A stretch of 63,198 nucleotides of DNA, filler included, from Choristocarpus tenellus KU-1152 (GCA_964200185.2; 13 parts of 13 records of this genome joined end to end with filler, not necessarily neighbours in it); one strand, 5' to 3'; positions 24,613-38,114 are shown, counted from the whole stretch's first letter. Notes: generated by a model not told the origin, from the letters alone. Program-made: numbers and translations.

Positions 24613-25375
24613 TAGATAGATGCAGTTCTTTATTGTTATGATTGCTTACCACCTTGACTTTGGATCATAAAAATAAAAATAAACAGATTACCGTGGAAAG
24701 AAGTACATTGCTGTGGGGGTTGAAATCTCCAAAAATACGAATGTAGGGATCACTGTCCATTCAACCACTGATTAAGTGAGGTACTTGGACGTTACAGAAC
24801 AGTCAGCAACAGGTCACTACAGTCTCGCGCTTTCTAGAAAGCGCACGCAGAAAACACAAGCGACTATCCTGCCCAACCCATTATTCTAGGGAAGTTGTGA
24901 CAGGTGACACACGCCACACTGTGAGGAGGCAGCCCAAGGAGATAGGGCACATTGCAAGCTCGAAACTCTCTGCTGAATGCCCCGTTTCTCATTGTCTCTC
25001 TCCTTTGGGGTTCATTCTTCTTACTTTCCTCTTTCCGTTGTGTGATACGTGATGCGTGAGTGGTGTTTCAGATTGGATAGATAGGCTCAGTCTGACACTG
25101 ATTTTTTTTCCCCTCTTTCTTCCTGTATATCATCTCTCGCAATGTGTTGTGGTGCTTCTGATGTTCCATCCCAAGTATTGGGTGTTCTTACATTACACCT
25201 CTGGGTTTCACTTCGTTTCCCTTCATATACATATGTAGTGTGTTCTTTCTATCTCCTTTTTTTCTCCCTTCGTTACCCTTCGTCGCACATTTAAAAGTGT
25301 GGAGCAAAACGCGACTTGGAGTATTTTTTAATTCCACTTCCCACGACGAAGACTTAATATAGTTGGGGAAAAATA

Positions 25376-25447
25376 TTCTCATGCCGAGACTCGAACTCGG
25401 AATACCAGTTTCAAAGACTGGGGGGATAACCATTTCCCCACACGAGA
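25376..25447 (-). tRNA. trnQ: tRNA-Gln(TTG), 72 nt, intronless
   Basis: Complete cloverleaf TCTCGTG TG GGGA AATGGTTA TCCC C CCAGT CTTTGAA ACTGG TATT CCGAG TTCGAGT CTCGG CATGAGA A, followed by TATTTTT (Pol III-type terminator). Confidence 0.9.
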
Positions 25448-27700
25448 TCTGTTGATTGTAACTTTTTCTCGTATTATATATATTGGCATGTCCAACTCAT
25501 TTTCTGGATTTTCTTATTCTGGAAAAAAAGTCAATACTGAAGAAGATATAACGACCGAAACAAACAAGAGTCTATGTTGCGGATTAGTATTGTCATAACT
25601 TGAAGTTTCCTGCACAACACCTTTTTGTAATTCCGTAAAATATATATCAGGTTCCTCGCAAACATATAATAGTAATACAATTTACTTCCAATTTTTTCTT
25701 GGAGAAGGTGGTGGTTGTTGAGTTTTCACCACATCATGTTTACTTTTTAGATTTTTTTCATATTGTATCATTGTATTTCATTCAGTAGTAATGTTTGATT
25801 ATAGTTCAGCAGTAGTAGTGTAATATGTCATTATTTTTCTGTTCATTCTTCTCAACATATCTATTCTCAAGACGTTTTTGAGTAAAAGCGGTTGAGAGGT
25901 AAACAAGCCTTAGCCTTTATGTTTTTATAGGTATATTTCTTACCCTGTGCTACAAACCCCAATTGTATTACAATGTGTGCACAATGGTATCCAGAAAATG
26001 TATATTACTTCGTTCCGCACACAAAATGACACCTCAATCAGGAAAGGGATTAATTGTACAAAAAGGTGTGTTTTGGGCATTTCTACAAAATTCAACCTTG
26101 CACACCTCAGAATTTATCCGTCTCTTTTGGTGAGTAATACTGTAGGCGTAAAAATATGTCTCCGATGTTATCCGACTAGATACTCAGAAACACTTGTACC
26201 CGTATGGTATCATTTTAGCAAGGAGCGTGACAAACTATACATTCACTAAAAAGAAAGCATGTTTTTCGAAAAATTAAATATCTGAGTAACCGAGGGATGG
26301 AGCTGTACTGTAGATACAGATGTCAAGACATCGTAGCAGGATATGTTTGCTTTTCGAATTGCATCAAACGCTATTTGGAAGGTGTTCCCATTTGGAAGCA
26401 CTGTCATGCGTGAGGTGTAAGGGCAGCAAACAAAAGAACACAACTCCGGAGGGGGGAGGTTATGCATAAACAAAGAGGTTTTCGGAATTAAAAAGATGAG
26501 GACTATTGAGAAATGTGAAACAATCGACAACAGTGAAAAACACACCTAAAATTCCGAATCCACGATCTCACTTTAAATTTCCTGTTATTTTTGGTCTCAA
26601 AGGGTGAAACCCCAACCCTAAGATTGAAAATGTCAACTTACCTTAAATTTTCACGATGATAACAACATCGCAGTAGGATCCAAAAAAAGAGAAGGGAGTG
26701 GTTATACTGAGCATGTAACATTGGGAATGGGTGCAAGAATGTCGAAACTATAAACTCTTAAATACTCTTGTTAAATCGTGAAGATTCCAGGTAAATCTAT
26801 GATATTCGCATTTCGAGAAAACCTAACCCTAAAGTGTGAAGCGGCTCCGCCTCTAGGGTGAGGGTTTTCTCGAGCAAAGTTCACAATTTACTATTTAAAG
26901 ACAGATGGGGAATGTTGATAGTCATACAATACCTTAAACATGTCGATTAGACCCTTCCAACTAACTCTGTCGGACAGTTGTGGTAAACTGTATATGGAGT
27001 AAGAAAAGAATCATTAGTGATTATGTTATCAGAACATTTTATTAGTGATTGGCTCTATGAGAACATTTCTCATATAAAAGGAAACATTTATGATTTTATG
27101 GGGAGCGGCATGCCCCACTTGACGTTAATCAAACACTTTACAGACATCAAGCAATCTCCTTGGTTTTATTACCTGTATTATTTTTTATGTCTTGGACGAT
27201 ACTTTATCAAAACATTGGCGAATTTATATGCAGTATATGGAACAGATACGAATCCTTACTGTAGCAGCTGTAATGTACGAGATACTCTTCAACAAGCACA
27301 GTCATGGCCAACTCGTCATAGCAGGGGTCTGCTCTTTGATCTTTTACCCAGAAAATTGACATATTTAGAGGAGTGTCTGGCATGTTGGGTCTGCTTATTC
27401 TGATGAGGTAATCCAAGTACATTCATATTTCTGTGCTAGCCCCGCCCAGATACCTGTCATCCTCACTACTCTTTTTCCAATTGGCACGCCTTCCCGAAGA
27501 TTATGATGTATGGCTAGAAGGCCTTGATGTTGCATGATATGTATACCCATGGACTTTCTTGCTTTCCCCCCCTTTTATGCCCACCAATCAAGGCTCGGTC
27601 AAACCATTCCAAGGACAGCCTGTCTTTCATTTATCTCATCCTCTCCACTCCTCTTGGGAAGCGGTTGATTGGAACCATCAAGCCTATCAATCGTACAAAA

Positions 27701-27853
27701 GGCTCAAAGTATCTGGGAGGGGGTGGTGGCTGTCCATTTGGAGGCAATTTTTTCATGTCGCGACTTTTGGGTGATTTGGTTGCATATGTCGGATGGATAA
27801 TGTAAATACACTATTCCTGATTTTGACCCAAGTGGACCCCCTGGTGTAGACCC
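27701..27853. mobile_element. MITE family A, cut by contig end
   Basis: Starts GGCTCAAAGTATCTGGG and has the full core. Confidence 0.85.
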
Positions 27854-28999
27854 NNNNNNNNNNNNNNNNNNNNNNNNNNNNNNNNNNNNNNNNNNNNTTA
27901 ATTAATTAANNNNNNNNNNNNNNNNNNNNNNNNNNNNNNNNNNNNNNNNNNNNGGAGATTCTGAGATGGAAAGGGGTACTACACCTCTACCCCTTGTAGT
28001 CCAGTTCTACTGACACCTAGGGTACAGTAGTCTCCGTTTCTGCTCTTTTCGATGTGAAAACTCATGAGCGTTGGTTAGAGTCATCACAAAGCACACCTTT
28101 TATGTCCAGGGAGTGGTTGGATAGATCAGACGGTGCAGTCTATCAAAGTTTTGTTTTGTTTTTTGTCCGTTTCACACTGCTACGGCGGTTGCAGGGTCCA
28201 GGTAGGTAGGTAGGTGGGTGGGTGGTGTTTGTTCATTGCATGAGCGCATTTGTCTTAAGTCTTTTTGGAATTTTGGAGTTTTTTTACGTGTAACTCTACT
28301 GTTAGAAGCGCAAGAGGTTTTGGTGGATCGAATGATACGTGCTTTTGGGGAAGGGGCAGCAGTCTTGAGTTCCTAGTGCTTCCAGTTGTACTTCTTTAAT
28401 GGTGAAGAATGGGATGTATTGATTGGGATGTATTGAATGGGATGTATTGAAGAAATCACGCCTTTGATCTTTGTACCTATAACCAAAGGAAGATCATTGG
28501 GTGGTATGTGCCTGTAGCTCAACGAGATCGTTTCCTTCGTTAACTCTCCTTTTCGTACCACTTGCGCGCGCGCGCGCACATACATACATACATACTGGCA
28601 AACGTCCAATGCCAACCTTTCTAGATGCTTGCCTCTGCCAGGATACTAAACCTACTAGTGGCACACTTGTATATTAGGCCGCAAGATTAGCCAATGCATG
28701 TATATGTGTTCCGTCCCTTTGTTTATTCCCATAAAACGACTACTTTTTCAGAGTTTTGCATGAATTGTATGTTGGTGGTACTACCACAAGGGCGAGGAGC
28801 ACAGAGTATTGCAATTTGTTTGTCCGATGGTAACTTCCCCCCCCTTGATTTATCTTCACCATCTGCCCCCTCTAACCCTAACCCTACAGTAGTACACTCC
28901 GAAACCGAATGAGTTCACCTTGTTCAATCTACTACTTTTCTTCTCTCAAACTTTTTCTTATTTTGATGCCCTCGATTTATTCGGCGCTTGCTTTTGCAG

Positions 29000-29235
29000 G
29001 TCTAATTCCTCCAAAGACTGATGCTGGGGACTTGAGTCGGATGATGACCCTCATCATGATCAAATTGCGGGCGGCAGGGTGGTATTCCATCCTGCTGCTC
29101 ATACCCCTGGTCGGTTTCTTGTGGGCTTGTTGCACACCTGATGCGCCCGGCAATGCAGGGGAGAAGTTACGTGAGAGGCTGCAACGATCACAAGGGGACA
29201 AGCCCGATGTCAAAGAGAGCACAAAAAGGGATTGA
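29000..29235 (+). CDS. Terminal exon of an unknown membrane protein (one hydrophobic segment, basic tail)
   Basis: TTTTGCAG acceptor; ..GWYSILLLIPLVGFLWACC..KESTKRD*. Confidence 0.5.
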
Positions 29236-29628
29236 TGATGATGATGCATTTTGGGCAATTCCGTGTTTCTCTGTATGTGTGTGTGTGTGTGTTTTTTTGT
29301 CAATTTCTGTCAGGGATTGCGCATGGTTGCTTGTTGCCCACATTCTGTTCCGTACTTTGGTGGTGAGAGGTACGTAGAGCTAAAGAAAAGAAAAAAATCG
29401 CGTCTGTTACGTTGAGAACCAAAATCTACTTGGCTTCGTGCATCTTCAGTCTGATTGGGAAGCTGGACTTACTCGTGGTCAGAGTTGTACTGGCTGGGAA
29501 GGGTCGTGAATAATGAGATCTGTTTATATATATTTTTGGCAATGGTTTTTTTGGATGTTCTGTCTTTAAGCAGTGGGTAAAGGACAACAGTTCAGGCGTT
29601 AGGGGGGGGGTGAGGCAAGGAGGAGTAT

Positions 29629-29897
29629 TAGTGAGCCAAAGTAAACAAGAGGCACCCTGGGTAGCATTTTAAGAACGCTAACAAATGTGCGAAATTCGTC
29701 TTCTCATATACAAATGCGGGTAGGTACTTTTCTGGATCCTGTCGAAAAATTTCAAATAATAGAGAAGTCAATGCTCTCATGTCAATTTGAGCACTTCATC
29801 GATAGAAATAAGGGTGAAATCCAGAAGAGGAGAAAACTGTCTCAAAAGTGCAAAGCGGTGGAAACCTGGGTACGTATCTTTTGCTTTTGGTTCAATA
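29629..29897. mobile_element. MITE family C, degenerate
   Basis: Starts TAGTGAGCCAAAGTAAAC, internal GCACTTCATCGATAGAAAT, decayed right TIR. Confidence 0.55.
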
Positions 29898-31639
29898 CTG
29901 TGTTTCGGTTTTGTTCTCCAAGCAAAAACAGAAACGAGTACTTTTGTTGGTAATATAAAGGGGTTTTTTGGTTGTGGGGTTTGATAATATTGATGAGGGT
30001 TTTGTTCCGCACTAGTTTGGTGGAGCAATCCCTTGAACTTACATCAAATACAGAGCTTTATTGCTCACCGGTTGTGATACAATGCTGCATTCCCTTACGT
30101 TGCGCCACCATGTACTTTGTACGAGTGTGTTCAAATGTCTACATATTATTCGAGACAAACCCGTAAGACAGTAGTTACGTTAGATATGGATCCAAGCTTT
30201 GCTTCTTCTTTCTTCCTGTGTTACTTATTCTTTTCACACAAGTTATCAGTTCCATAGCATGTGTTGATTCTTATTTTTTACTTCACTGACATTGTCCCCT
30301 CAATAATACGTCCCATCACTCTTCAACACGTATAAGACACACACCGGGATGCAATATAAACAGTTAAAACCATTCTTCAAAACCCTTCTCTGCCAAGGTG
30401 ACAACCGTCTTCACAGAGGATGGATTTCTTCATTTGAATGTCTCAGTGAATGACCACAGAGTTTCTATCAATCACCGTCTGTGTGGAAAGCATGTTTGTC
30501 TCTTATTATACCGTTATTGCCATATACCGTGGTACCGAGTGAGGTTCCCAGTCAAGAGTCCATGATTTCACTGACGGACGTTTTCCNNNNNNNNNNNNNN
30601 NNNNNNNNNNNNNNNNNNNNNNNNNNNNNNTTAATTAATTAANNNNNNNNNNNNNNNNNNNNNNNNNNNNNNNNNNNNNNNNNNNNGTCTCTTCATTCTT
30701 AAATTGTTTCTTCTACAGAATCTTCTTTTACACATGAATAAAAAGCATATTCTTCACATACTGCCTTCTACACTTGCACCCTTTCCTACTGAACTTGCAA
30801 CACTACGATTCCCATGACCTGACATATCCTCCCCCCCAAAGTTGAAAAAATATACTCCCTGTTATATCACAAGTCTCAGAGTGTCTACCTGTGCGAGTAA
30901 TCTCTGATCCTATCCCATTCCAAAAGGCTAGGACTCCACTGTGTCCCTAGTCATACTGCAATGTCTTGCATACTCACCCCCCTCTCTTTCCTCCTTCTCA
31001 GGTTTCCCTTAGCCGGGCCGGATCTAGCCCCCTCAAATCTAAAGCGTCCTACTTTTACCTTACAACTGATCACGTCTACATCATATACCAAAGTGTAATT
31101 TTCTCAGTTATTGAACCAGCTTCCACCCTACAATGTGACCTAATGCGTTCCTTTTATTATGGATGCCAAGGAATATCCGGAGGTGCGACCGGAGCAGTCT
31201 AAAACTACGATTCATCGTTCTAAGTAATACACTGGGTGAGTGAGATTAGTTACCTATCCTACTACCACCTCTGTGCCATAAGGTTGTGCCGCGAAACATC
31301 TGAGCTCGCCGAGCGAGGAAGTGCCAAATCGGACGGTAACACCACAGAATGAAATTGGGTTGATAATCTCAGCTTTCAGAAATGGTGGGGGTCGAGGATC
31401 ATCAGGTACAAACTCGAGGTGCTTCAAGCCGTCAAAGTATGGTTCTATTGGAGTGATTTTGAGGACAGAACTGAGCACATCAAGGGTCAAAATGTCGGCA
31501 TGGCAACCCCCCCGTCGACCCCCCGTGTAAGAAGGGTGGCCAAGTGTCTCTGGAAACCAGGGTTGTGCTTGCAGTGCGGCACGCCCTCGCGATGGTCCTT
31601 GGTGAGATTAAACTGCCACGACACGTTGGGCTGACCTGA

Positions 31640-32927
31640 CCCTCGCAGCGGAGTTTGGAGTGTCCGAGCGATACATGCGAGGACTCTGGGAGGACGTCGC
31701 CGATCAGCTCGCCTGTGGCCATACGCTTGGTCTAGGGGTGGTGACATGTAGTGGGTGTTCTTTGGAGCTTACACCGACCAAGATGGCCGCAATACATATT
31801 ATCAACTCCGACAATCGGTCATCCACAGTGCATCCGGTAACAATGAAGATGGCCGCCAAGGTGTTGAATTATAGCACGAGCACCATAAATGGGTGGTTGG
31901 ATGATATGGAGGCCATGCTGAATCGCCACTGGATCAACCCCAAGCTTAAATTGTGGCAAAAGGTATGGAGAATGGACTTTGTCTGCCATCAAGTGGACCG
32001 GAAACGTGGCGTGTACGCCTCCATAGCGAACAGGATCCATGTGGATGAAACCTGGTTTTACGCGATGGGTGATGGGGAAAGGGTTAGGGTATTTCCACCT
32101 GAGGATCATAGCGACCATCCAGGGTCCCCTACTATGCAGCACAAGAGGCATATCCCCAAAACCATGATCATTGCAGCCAATGCCCACCCTGATTCGGCTC
32201 ACAGCTTTGATGGAAAGCTTGGTGTTTGGCGTGCGTGTGCGCCAAAAACGGCAGACTGGATAATGGACAAGCAAGAACCAAAATAAGGGGGATGTGTATG
32301 AGCAGGACTGTACTTTAGACCATTTATTGCACAGGAAGTGGTACACGGAGGAGTTACTGCCTGCAATCAAGACCAAGATGCCTTGGTTGCAAGGGAAGCA
32401 CATTGTCGTTCAGCAACACGGTGCTGCTCCCCACACACACAGTTAAGAGCAACTCATATTTCTTGTCAGGGGCAGGGAAAACTGAGGGGTGGTCGATTAG
32501 GCTTGTGACGCAGCCATCTAACTCCCCCGACTTCAATATCATGGACCTGTGCTTCTTCAGGCTCAAAGTATCTGGGGGGGATGGTGGCTGTCCATTTGGG
32601 GTCAATTTTTTTATGTCACAATTTTGGGGTGATTTGGTCGCATACGTCGGATGGATAATGTAAGTATGCACTTTTCCTGGTTATGGACTAAATGGACACC
32701 CTGGTATAGACTCCCCTTCCCCCCCCCAAGATACTTTGGGTCTCAGGTCTTTGAAATGCCGAGTGATGGGGGAGTGGTTTGAGTTCTTTGAGGAGATGGT
32801 GAAGGTCATTAAGAAACAGTATGAGGAGTATGGTGAAACCACGCTTGAGAGGGCTTGGCAGCTCCTTTTTGTGGTGTACAATCAAGTACTTAGATACAAA
32901 GGAGGGAATGACTTCACACAGGGGTAA
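31640..32927 (+). pseudogene. Mariner transposase pseudogene
   Basis: IHVDETWFY, HIPKTMIIAA, FDGKLGVW, LLPAIKTKMPW, VQQHGAAPH (second catalytic Asp now His), QPSNSPDFNIMDLCFF|RSLK, GGNDF; frameshifts plus a MITE insertion. Confidence 0.9.
32560..32742. mobile_element. MITE family A inserted in the mariner transposase, TSD TCA
   Basis: TCA|GGCTCAAAGTATCTGGGG ... CCAAGATACTTTGGGTC|TCA. Removing it and one TCA restores DLCFFRSLKC. Confidence 0.92.
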
Positions 32928-33739
32928 GGAAGAGCCAGTTGTCTGGTGAGCTTGAAAACACGCCGAAGGTAGACATGGAGGCTTTTTTCTGCAGCTCATA
33001 AAATTGTGATGAATGGGAATGAATAATAATTAAATAGCTAAACCTAACCAGAAATTCGTCAAGGATCCAAATCTTCTTGCAGAAATGAATTTCATCATGT
33101 TCAAAATAGATGGACAATGCGGCACAGACCTATGGCACGGAGGTAGTATTACCTGGTGTCCTCCAGTTATGACTCTTTCATGAAGTATCACACGAAGTAT
33201 CACACTGTAATGATCCCCTCATGTTTCAATTTCATCACGAATGCCCTCAGAATAGCAATGCTGGTGACAGGAACGGAATAACCTATCGCTGATGAGTCTA
33301 GTGACATGCTTTGTACAGTCAGAGGTTATTTGGTATATTGATGTTGGGTATTCCTTGATATATTAAAATGAAGAGATATTCATGCTCTGTGTAGAGACTT
33401 GATCTAAGTGGGAAAGACCAATCGGAGACAAAAGAATAACCAACAGATGAGATACAACTGGTGGTTCTGATGTGAAGATAAAAATACAAAGAAACTAACT
33501 TGAGTCAATTTCTGGGACAACTCATACGGCACAAACTATGCCTTTATGTTTGATAGATATCGACTGTTCCATACTTGCTATTCACCATGTAATTGTAACA
33601 GTAATCGATCATGGTATGATGAGGTATCAATAATGTAAATACGGTAACGACCAGTGCCGACGTGCGAATCAACAGTCAGTGTATAAAACGGTAATACTGT
33701 ATGGTACCAATGACACAAAATATGACTAGCCTATGTCCA

Positions 33740-36480
33740 ACAATGGTCAGTGGGAAGCGTAGCTTAGTTATGAGCAGTCTTACGTGTTTGGCATGCCAGA
33801 CGATCACGGTACCATGTACGAACGTCGATATTGAATGCTGGCCACCAATATGGGTCTCTAACCTAATCGAACGTGGGTTTGAAACCTAAGTGGGCTCCAG
33901 TCAATGGCATGGTCATGGCACCTGTGGAGTTCGAGACGGACTAAAGAGCGAGGAACGACCAACTGTTATCTAACGGTGCTTCTCTTACGAAGATGACCTG
34001 GTAAATACGAACTATACCGTAAGCCACTACCTTTTCAAGGTTAGAAGCAGATAATTCATATTCCTTTTGAACATGTGCGGTAAATGCGCAATTTCTTTGG
34101 GTACATCACGATATGTGAGTTCCAGTATTCGAGCAACGGATTTCTCCTCTTGCTCAAACTTTAAAATATGAGAGAGAGTGTGTCAAAGTATAACATTTAC
34201 CTTGCCAGCCTTTTGTTTGACAGTGAAACCATAAGCTTGAAGTGCAATAGCCAACGAGTAAGCATGTTACTAGTATCCTGCATTCTATACTAGTAACACA
34301 ATGTGGCATGATCTGTAATGCAGGTAAATCGTCTACCCCAGAGATACAGTCGCCAATGAGCGGTAGCGGTAACGACTGCATAAGACTCTCTTGATGATGT
34401 AGCTGAATAACTGTGACGTTGGCTTCATTAATTTTCTTCCTGAAGTAATCAATGATACCTACGTCATTAGGATTATCGGATCGGGGTTTTGTTACAAAAC
34501 CTCTAGCAACACTCTCGCTGGCATCAACATGTACAACGAACTCTTTGGTAAAGTCAGGAAATACGAGAACCTGGGCTGCAGTGAGTAATTGTTCGCTTTG
34601 AAAAAATGCCACATCCTGGTTCAATCCCCATTCTTTAGTTATGTCCTACTGACACCTTTCTAGATAAGATGAACCAATGAATCGATTATTGTCCGTAGGT
34701 TGGGTACAAATTTATACACAAATAAACATACCTAGGACAGTTCGAAGTTCTTTGATAGTGATTGGTTCAGGCAATTCAGTGAGGGCACGAACCCGATCTT
34801 CACCGATACGAGTCCCTTAAGATGACAAAACGTGACACAGAGAACGGACTTCTTGACCAAATTGAATCTTTTACGGTCTCAAGGTTAAACCTGCTGCTTC
34901 CCAAGCTTTGAACTGCTGCTCTAGTAAGTGTAAATGTCCTTCCCATGTGGGAGAATAAGCAATCAAATCTTACATGTAAACCAGCAAAGCACTAAGTGGG
35001 CCAAAGTTGGTAAGGCTAAAAAGACACGATTCTTTGAAATTGCTAAGGGGCATTTGATATCCCAAATGGTATCCTCTTAAAAACATATTTGCCTCTGGAA
35101 GTCACAAAAGCAGTCTTATCGGTATCAGCTTCAGCAACTGGAGTTTGCCAAATACGCACTCTAAATATCACGAACGGCGATAAATTTGGCACCACCCACG
35201 GTATGAATATGAGACTATATATCAACCATAGGCCAAGTCTGTCGAACAAGGTGTCCGTTATGTCAAGTGGTACTCCACACAGAAACTTGGAGAGCCCATC
35301 AGATTTGGCTACGAAGGTAACAGGACTACCCCAAGGGCTAGCACATTTTCAATTATGCCTTGCTCCTCCATAGTGTGAAGACATGGGTCAATTACGTTTG
35401 AGTACGAGGGTTTGCTCTGTGAGGGCTCCTATCAACAGGATTGGTAACAGGCTCCATAGGAATTTCAATCTAACCTGAAGGATATCTGACCAGTTCTGCT
35501 GCATGCAACGAAAATACTAATCCACACAACGATTACATAGGTCTAATAGTTGAGAGACTTTTGGCTGATTGAATGTGGTGCGCATGTGGTATCTTTGAAC
35601 GCATTTTCCTTACTGAAAGTTTGATTTAACTCTTCTCTAGCTTCACTGAACGAGGCAGAATCAGTATTCAGAGCACTAACAGTGAGGTGTAACTGATCAG
35701 AAATTGGGATCAAGCGGGCAATCACGAGGTGTTTCTTGATACGAGCCCTACGTGTGATTGGGTCTGCCAATTGAACCACTACTGGTTTAGTACTTGCCGG
35801 CCAACTACTGAGAGTGCAAGAAGTGACGAACAATTCCATGGATGTGTAGGTTCATTGTGTACGTCTACATCAGGCATGGAATGTATGACTTGCTCCACTA
35901 CAATAGCAGTATGAAGGGACGGACTGTCAGCAATTGTGCAACGTACGATTTCATGACCAAGCTGGAATATTGTGTTGTTTTTGTAAACGGAGAGGGTATA
36001 GGGTCAAAATCATGCCATAGAGCACGAAGGAGTAGTACTTTTATCATTCAATTGTTTTATGTGGGGCTCCTTGTCATGTGATGCCTTGGTGGAATGGTAC
36101 ACAAGCTGTTGTGGAAAGAGACGTTCTTGCCTATGAAGGATCGCACCTAGGACCTGCATAGCACTATTATCAAGCAGTATTTTACTGGGACCAAGTTGGG
36201 GAATCACCAAACCTTCAACGGGCAAAGTGGTATCACCAAGTGTAAGTGCAATACAAACAAATCCACGAATATATAGTGGCGAACCATTAGCAGCACATAG
36301 ATTTATTGGATCAGGTTGAACAGGATGCACATCTAAACGTTTGAGTTGAGGGTGACTACGAACAAATACCTCTGAAATACATGCATGGTACATCACTTGC
36401 TGTGTCGATGCTTAAGTCATGTTCATCTTGTTCATCAACGATGCCAAATTCGCAAACCCTTTGAAATGAAAACGATGAAG
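33740..36480 (-). mobile_element. Decayed Ty3/Gypsy pol (protease, RT, RNase H, integrase Zn domain)
   Basis: In order on the minus strand: IDTAS/AANGSPL (PR), KTAFVT..IPFGISNAP (RT), VFPDFTKEFVVHVDAS (RH), GAHLG..YWWP..DV..CQ (IN H2C2); many stops. Confidence 0.9.
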
Positions 36481-36600
36481 GTTTTAGGTATCTGGGGGGG
36501 NNNNNNNNNNNNNNNNNNNNNNNNNNNNNNNNNNNNNNNNNNNNTTAATTAATTAANNNNNNNNNNNNNNNNNNNNNNNNNNNNNNNNNNNNNNNNNNNN

Positions 36601-36644
36601 ACACCATGGTGTAAGCCCCCCTCCCCCCCCAGATACTTTGAGCC
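36601..36644. mobile_element. MITE family A right end at contig start
   Basis: ACACCATGGTGTAAG..CCCCAGATACTTTGAGCC. Confidence 0.8.
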
Positions 36645-37818
36645 AGATGTGCTGTGATCAGCCATGAATCGCTTTCCAATGGTGTCGATATTAGTCACCA
36701 AGTATTCCTTCACTTGCGCGCACAGGCCTCCCTAACCCTCAGCATTACTACACATACAGACAATTTGTTGAGGTGTAAGACAGGTGATTGAGACATGTGT
36801 TCGTCCAGGACAAAAGGAAAAGTAAACACAAATGAATAGAAACAATCTATTTATCTTCGGAGAAGCCTCAGTTGTCTCCCTACATGGCAAATTCCAAATG
36901 TTCATTCATTCTGTAATATCAATATATATATATATAGAAATGTTCCTATTTTCTCCCTTTGTAGAGACTTCCAAGCATTTTGAAAATTATGTGGTGTTTA
37001 CTCCTTGTGTGAATACATAGCTGTGCAGTTAGTACTTAACTGTCAGTAACATACAGAGGAAAGGCCCAACACATATACACAGAACAAATACACCACTTGT
37101 CGGTGCACTGAGGTATGAAGCGCAGGGCAGGTAATTGGCACAGGAAATTTCTGGTGTCATATTGCAGAGTTTGGGCTAGGTCTACGTTGGTGATAAATGC
37201 AGGTAGTGATGCTCACCCTCAGGGGCAAGGCAGGGTCACTCTTTTTGCGCAATAGATAGTCAGAGTATACAATATGACATCCAAGAGTGCTGTTAATCTG
37301 TACACCCCTGCAGCAAGAATTTAGTGTATGTCAATAGCAACACAGGGCAAAAGATGAAGTGGACACGAAAGGGTCACCCAAACCCGGAACTGTATTATGT
37401 GGGAATTGGATGAAAACCCAAATTTCCAAATACACAAAGTGGGAGTCCAACTTGGTGTAGGGAGGAATTGATATCCTGCATATGGTCTTTTTTGTGTATA
37501 CTTCATCAGTCGAGATAACTGAACTGGAGATGTGCGATTTTGCATTGACGGAACCGTGTAGCACCCATAGACACATATATAGGTGTGTGTACGCCTGAAA
37601 AACCACTATAAATCAATTGTCTTAATTCTCTTGCGGAGGTATTGTCTGACTTGCCCCTCTACGAAGTATGCAATACTCTTGCATATTATCTATTCATGTT
37701 CACACTGAGCCAATGTGTTAGAAGTGCAACACATCTACACCCAGGATCTCTCCAAATTCGAGCTAATTGTAGGAACTTGGGTCGCATATTCGGATGCCTG
37801 TATTGGATGGCTATATTG

Positions 37819-38085
37819 GAGTGAAAGTATCTTATAGGGTAGGAGTTTGTCCCTGTTTGTCGGTTTGGGCTTGGCTTCTCACAGGTTTTTTTGTGACATT
37901 TTTCTATTCCGAAATGTTTTGGGGTAGGTTAAATGTATACCTTTTGGAGTAGGTATCATGTATATGTCTGGAACAAGGATATTGATACCCCCTAACAAAC
38001 ATGATAGCCAAAATTACATCAAAATCGCAACATTGGATGTTAGTCATAAACGGACACGGCTCTACCCTCTGAGATACTTTGACTC
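37819..38085. mobile_element. MITE family B (reverse orientation), TSD TTG
   Basis: TTG|GAGTGAAAGTATCTTATAGGG ... CCCTCTGAGATACTTTGACTC|TTG. Confidence 0.88.
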
Positions 38086-38114
38086 TTGGCTAAGACCTGT
38101 CATAACCCTGACTA

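Larger units (their letters stand above)
31265..33146 (+). mobile_element. Full-length plant-type (DD39D/Stowaway-related) mariner DNA transposon, inactive
   Basis: TA|CCACCTCTGTGCCATAAGGTTGTGCCGC ... GCGGCACAGACCTATGGCACGGAGGTAG|TA (28-bp imperfect TIRs, TA TSD) enclosing a transposase. Confidence 0.9.

Noticed and set aside
30853-30875. TACTCCCTG as the left TIR of the mariner
   Set aside because: The matching TIR pair is 31265-31292 and 33119-33146.
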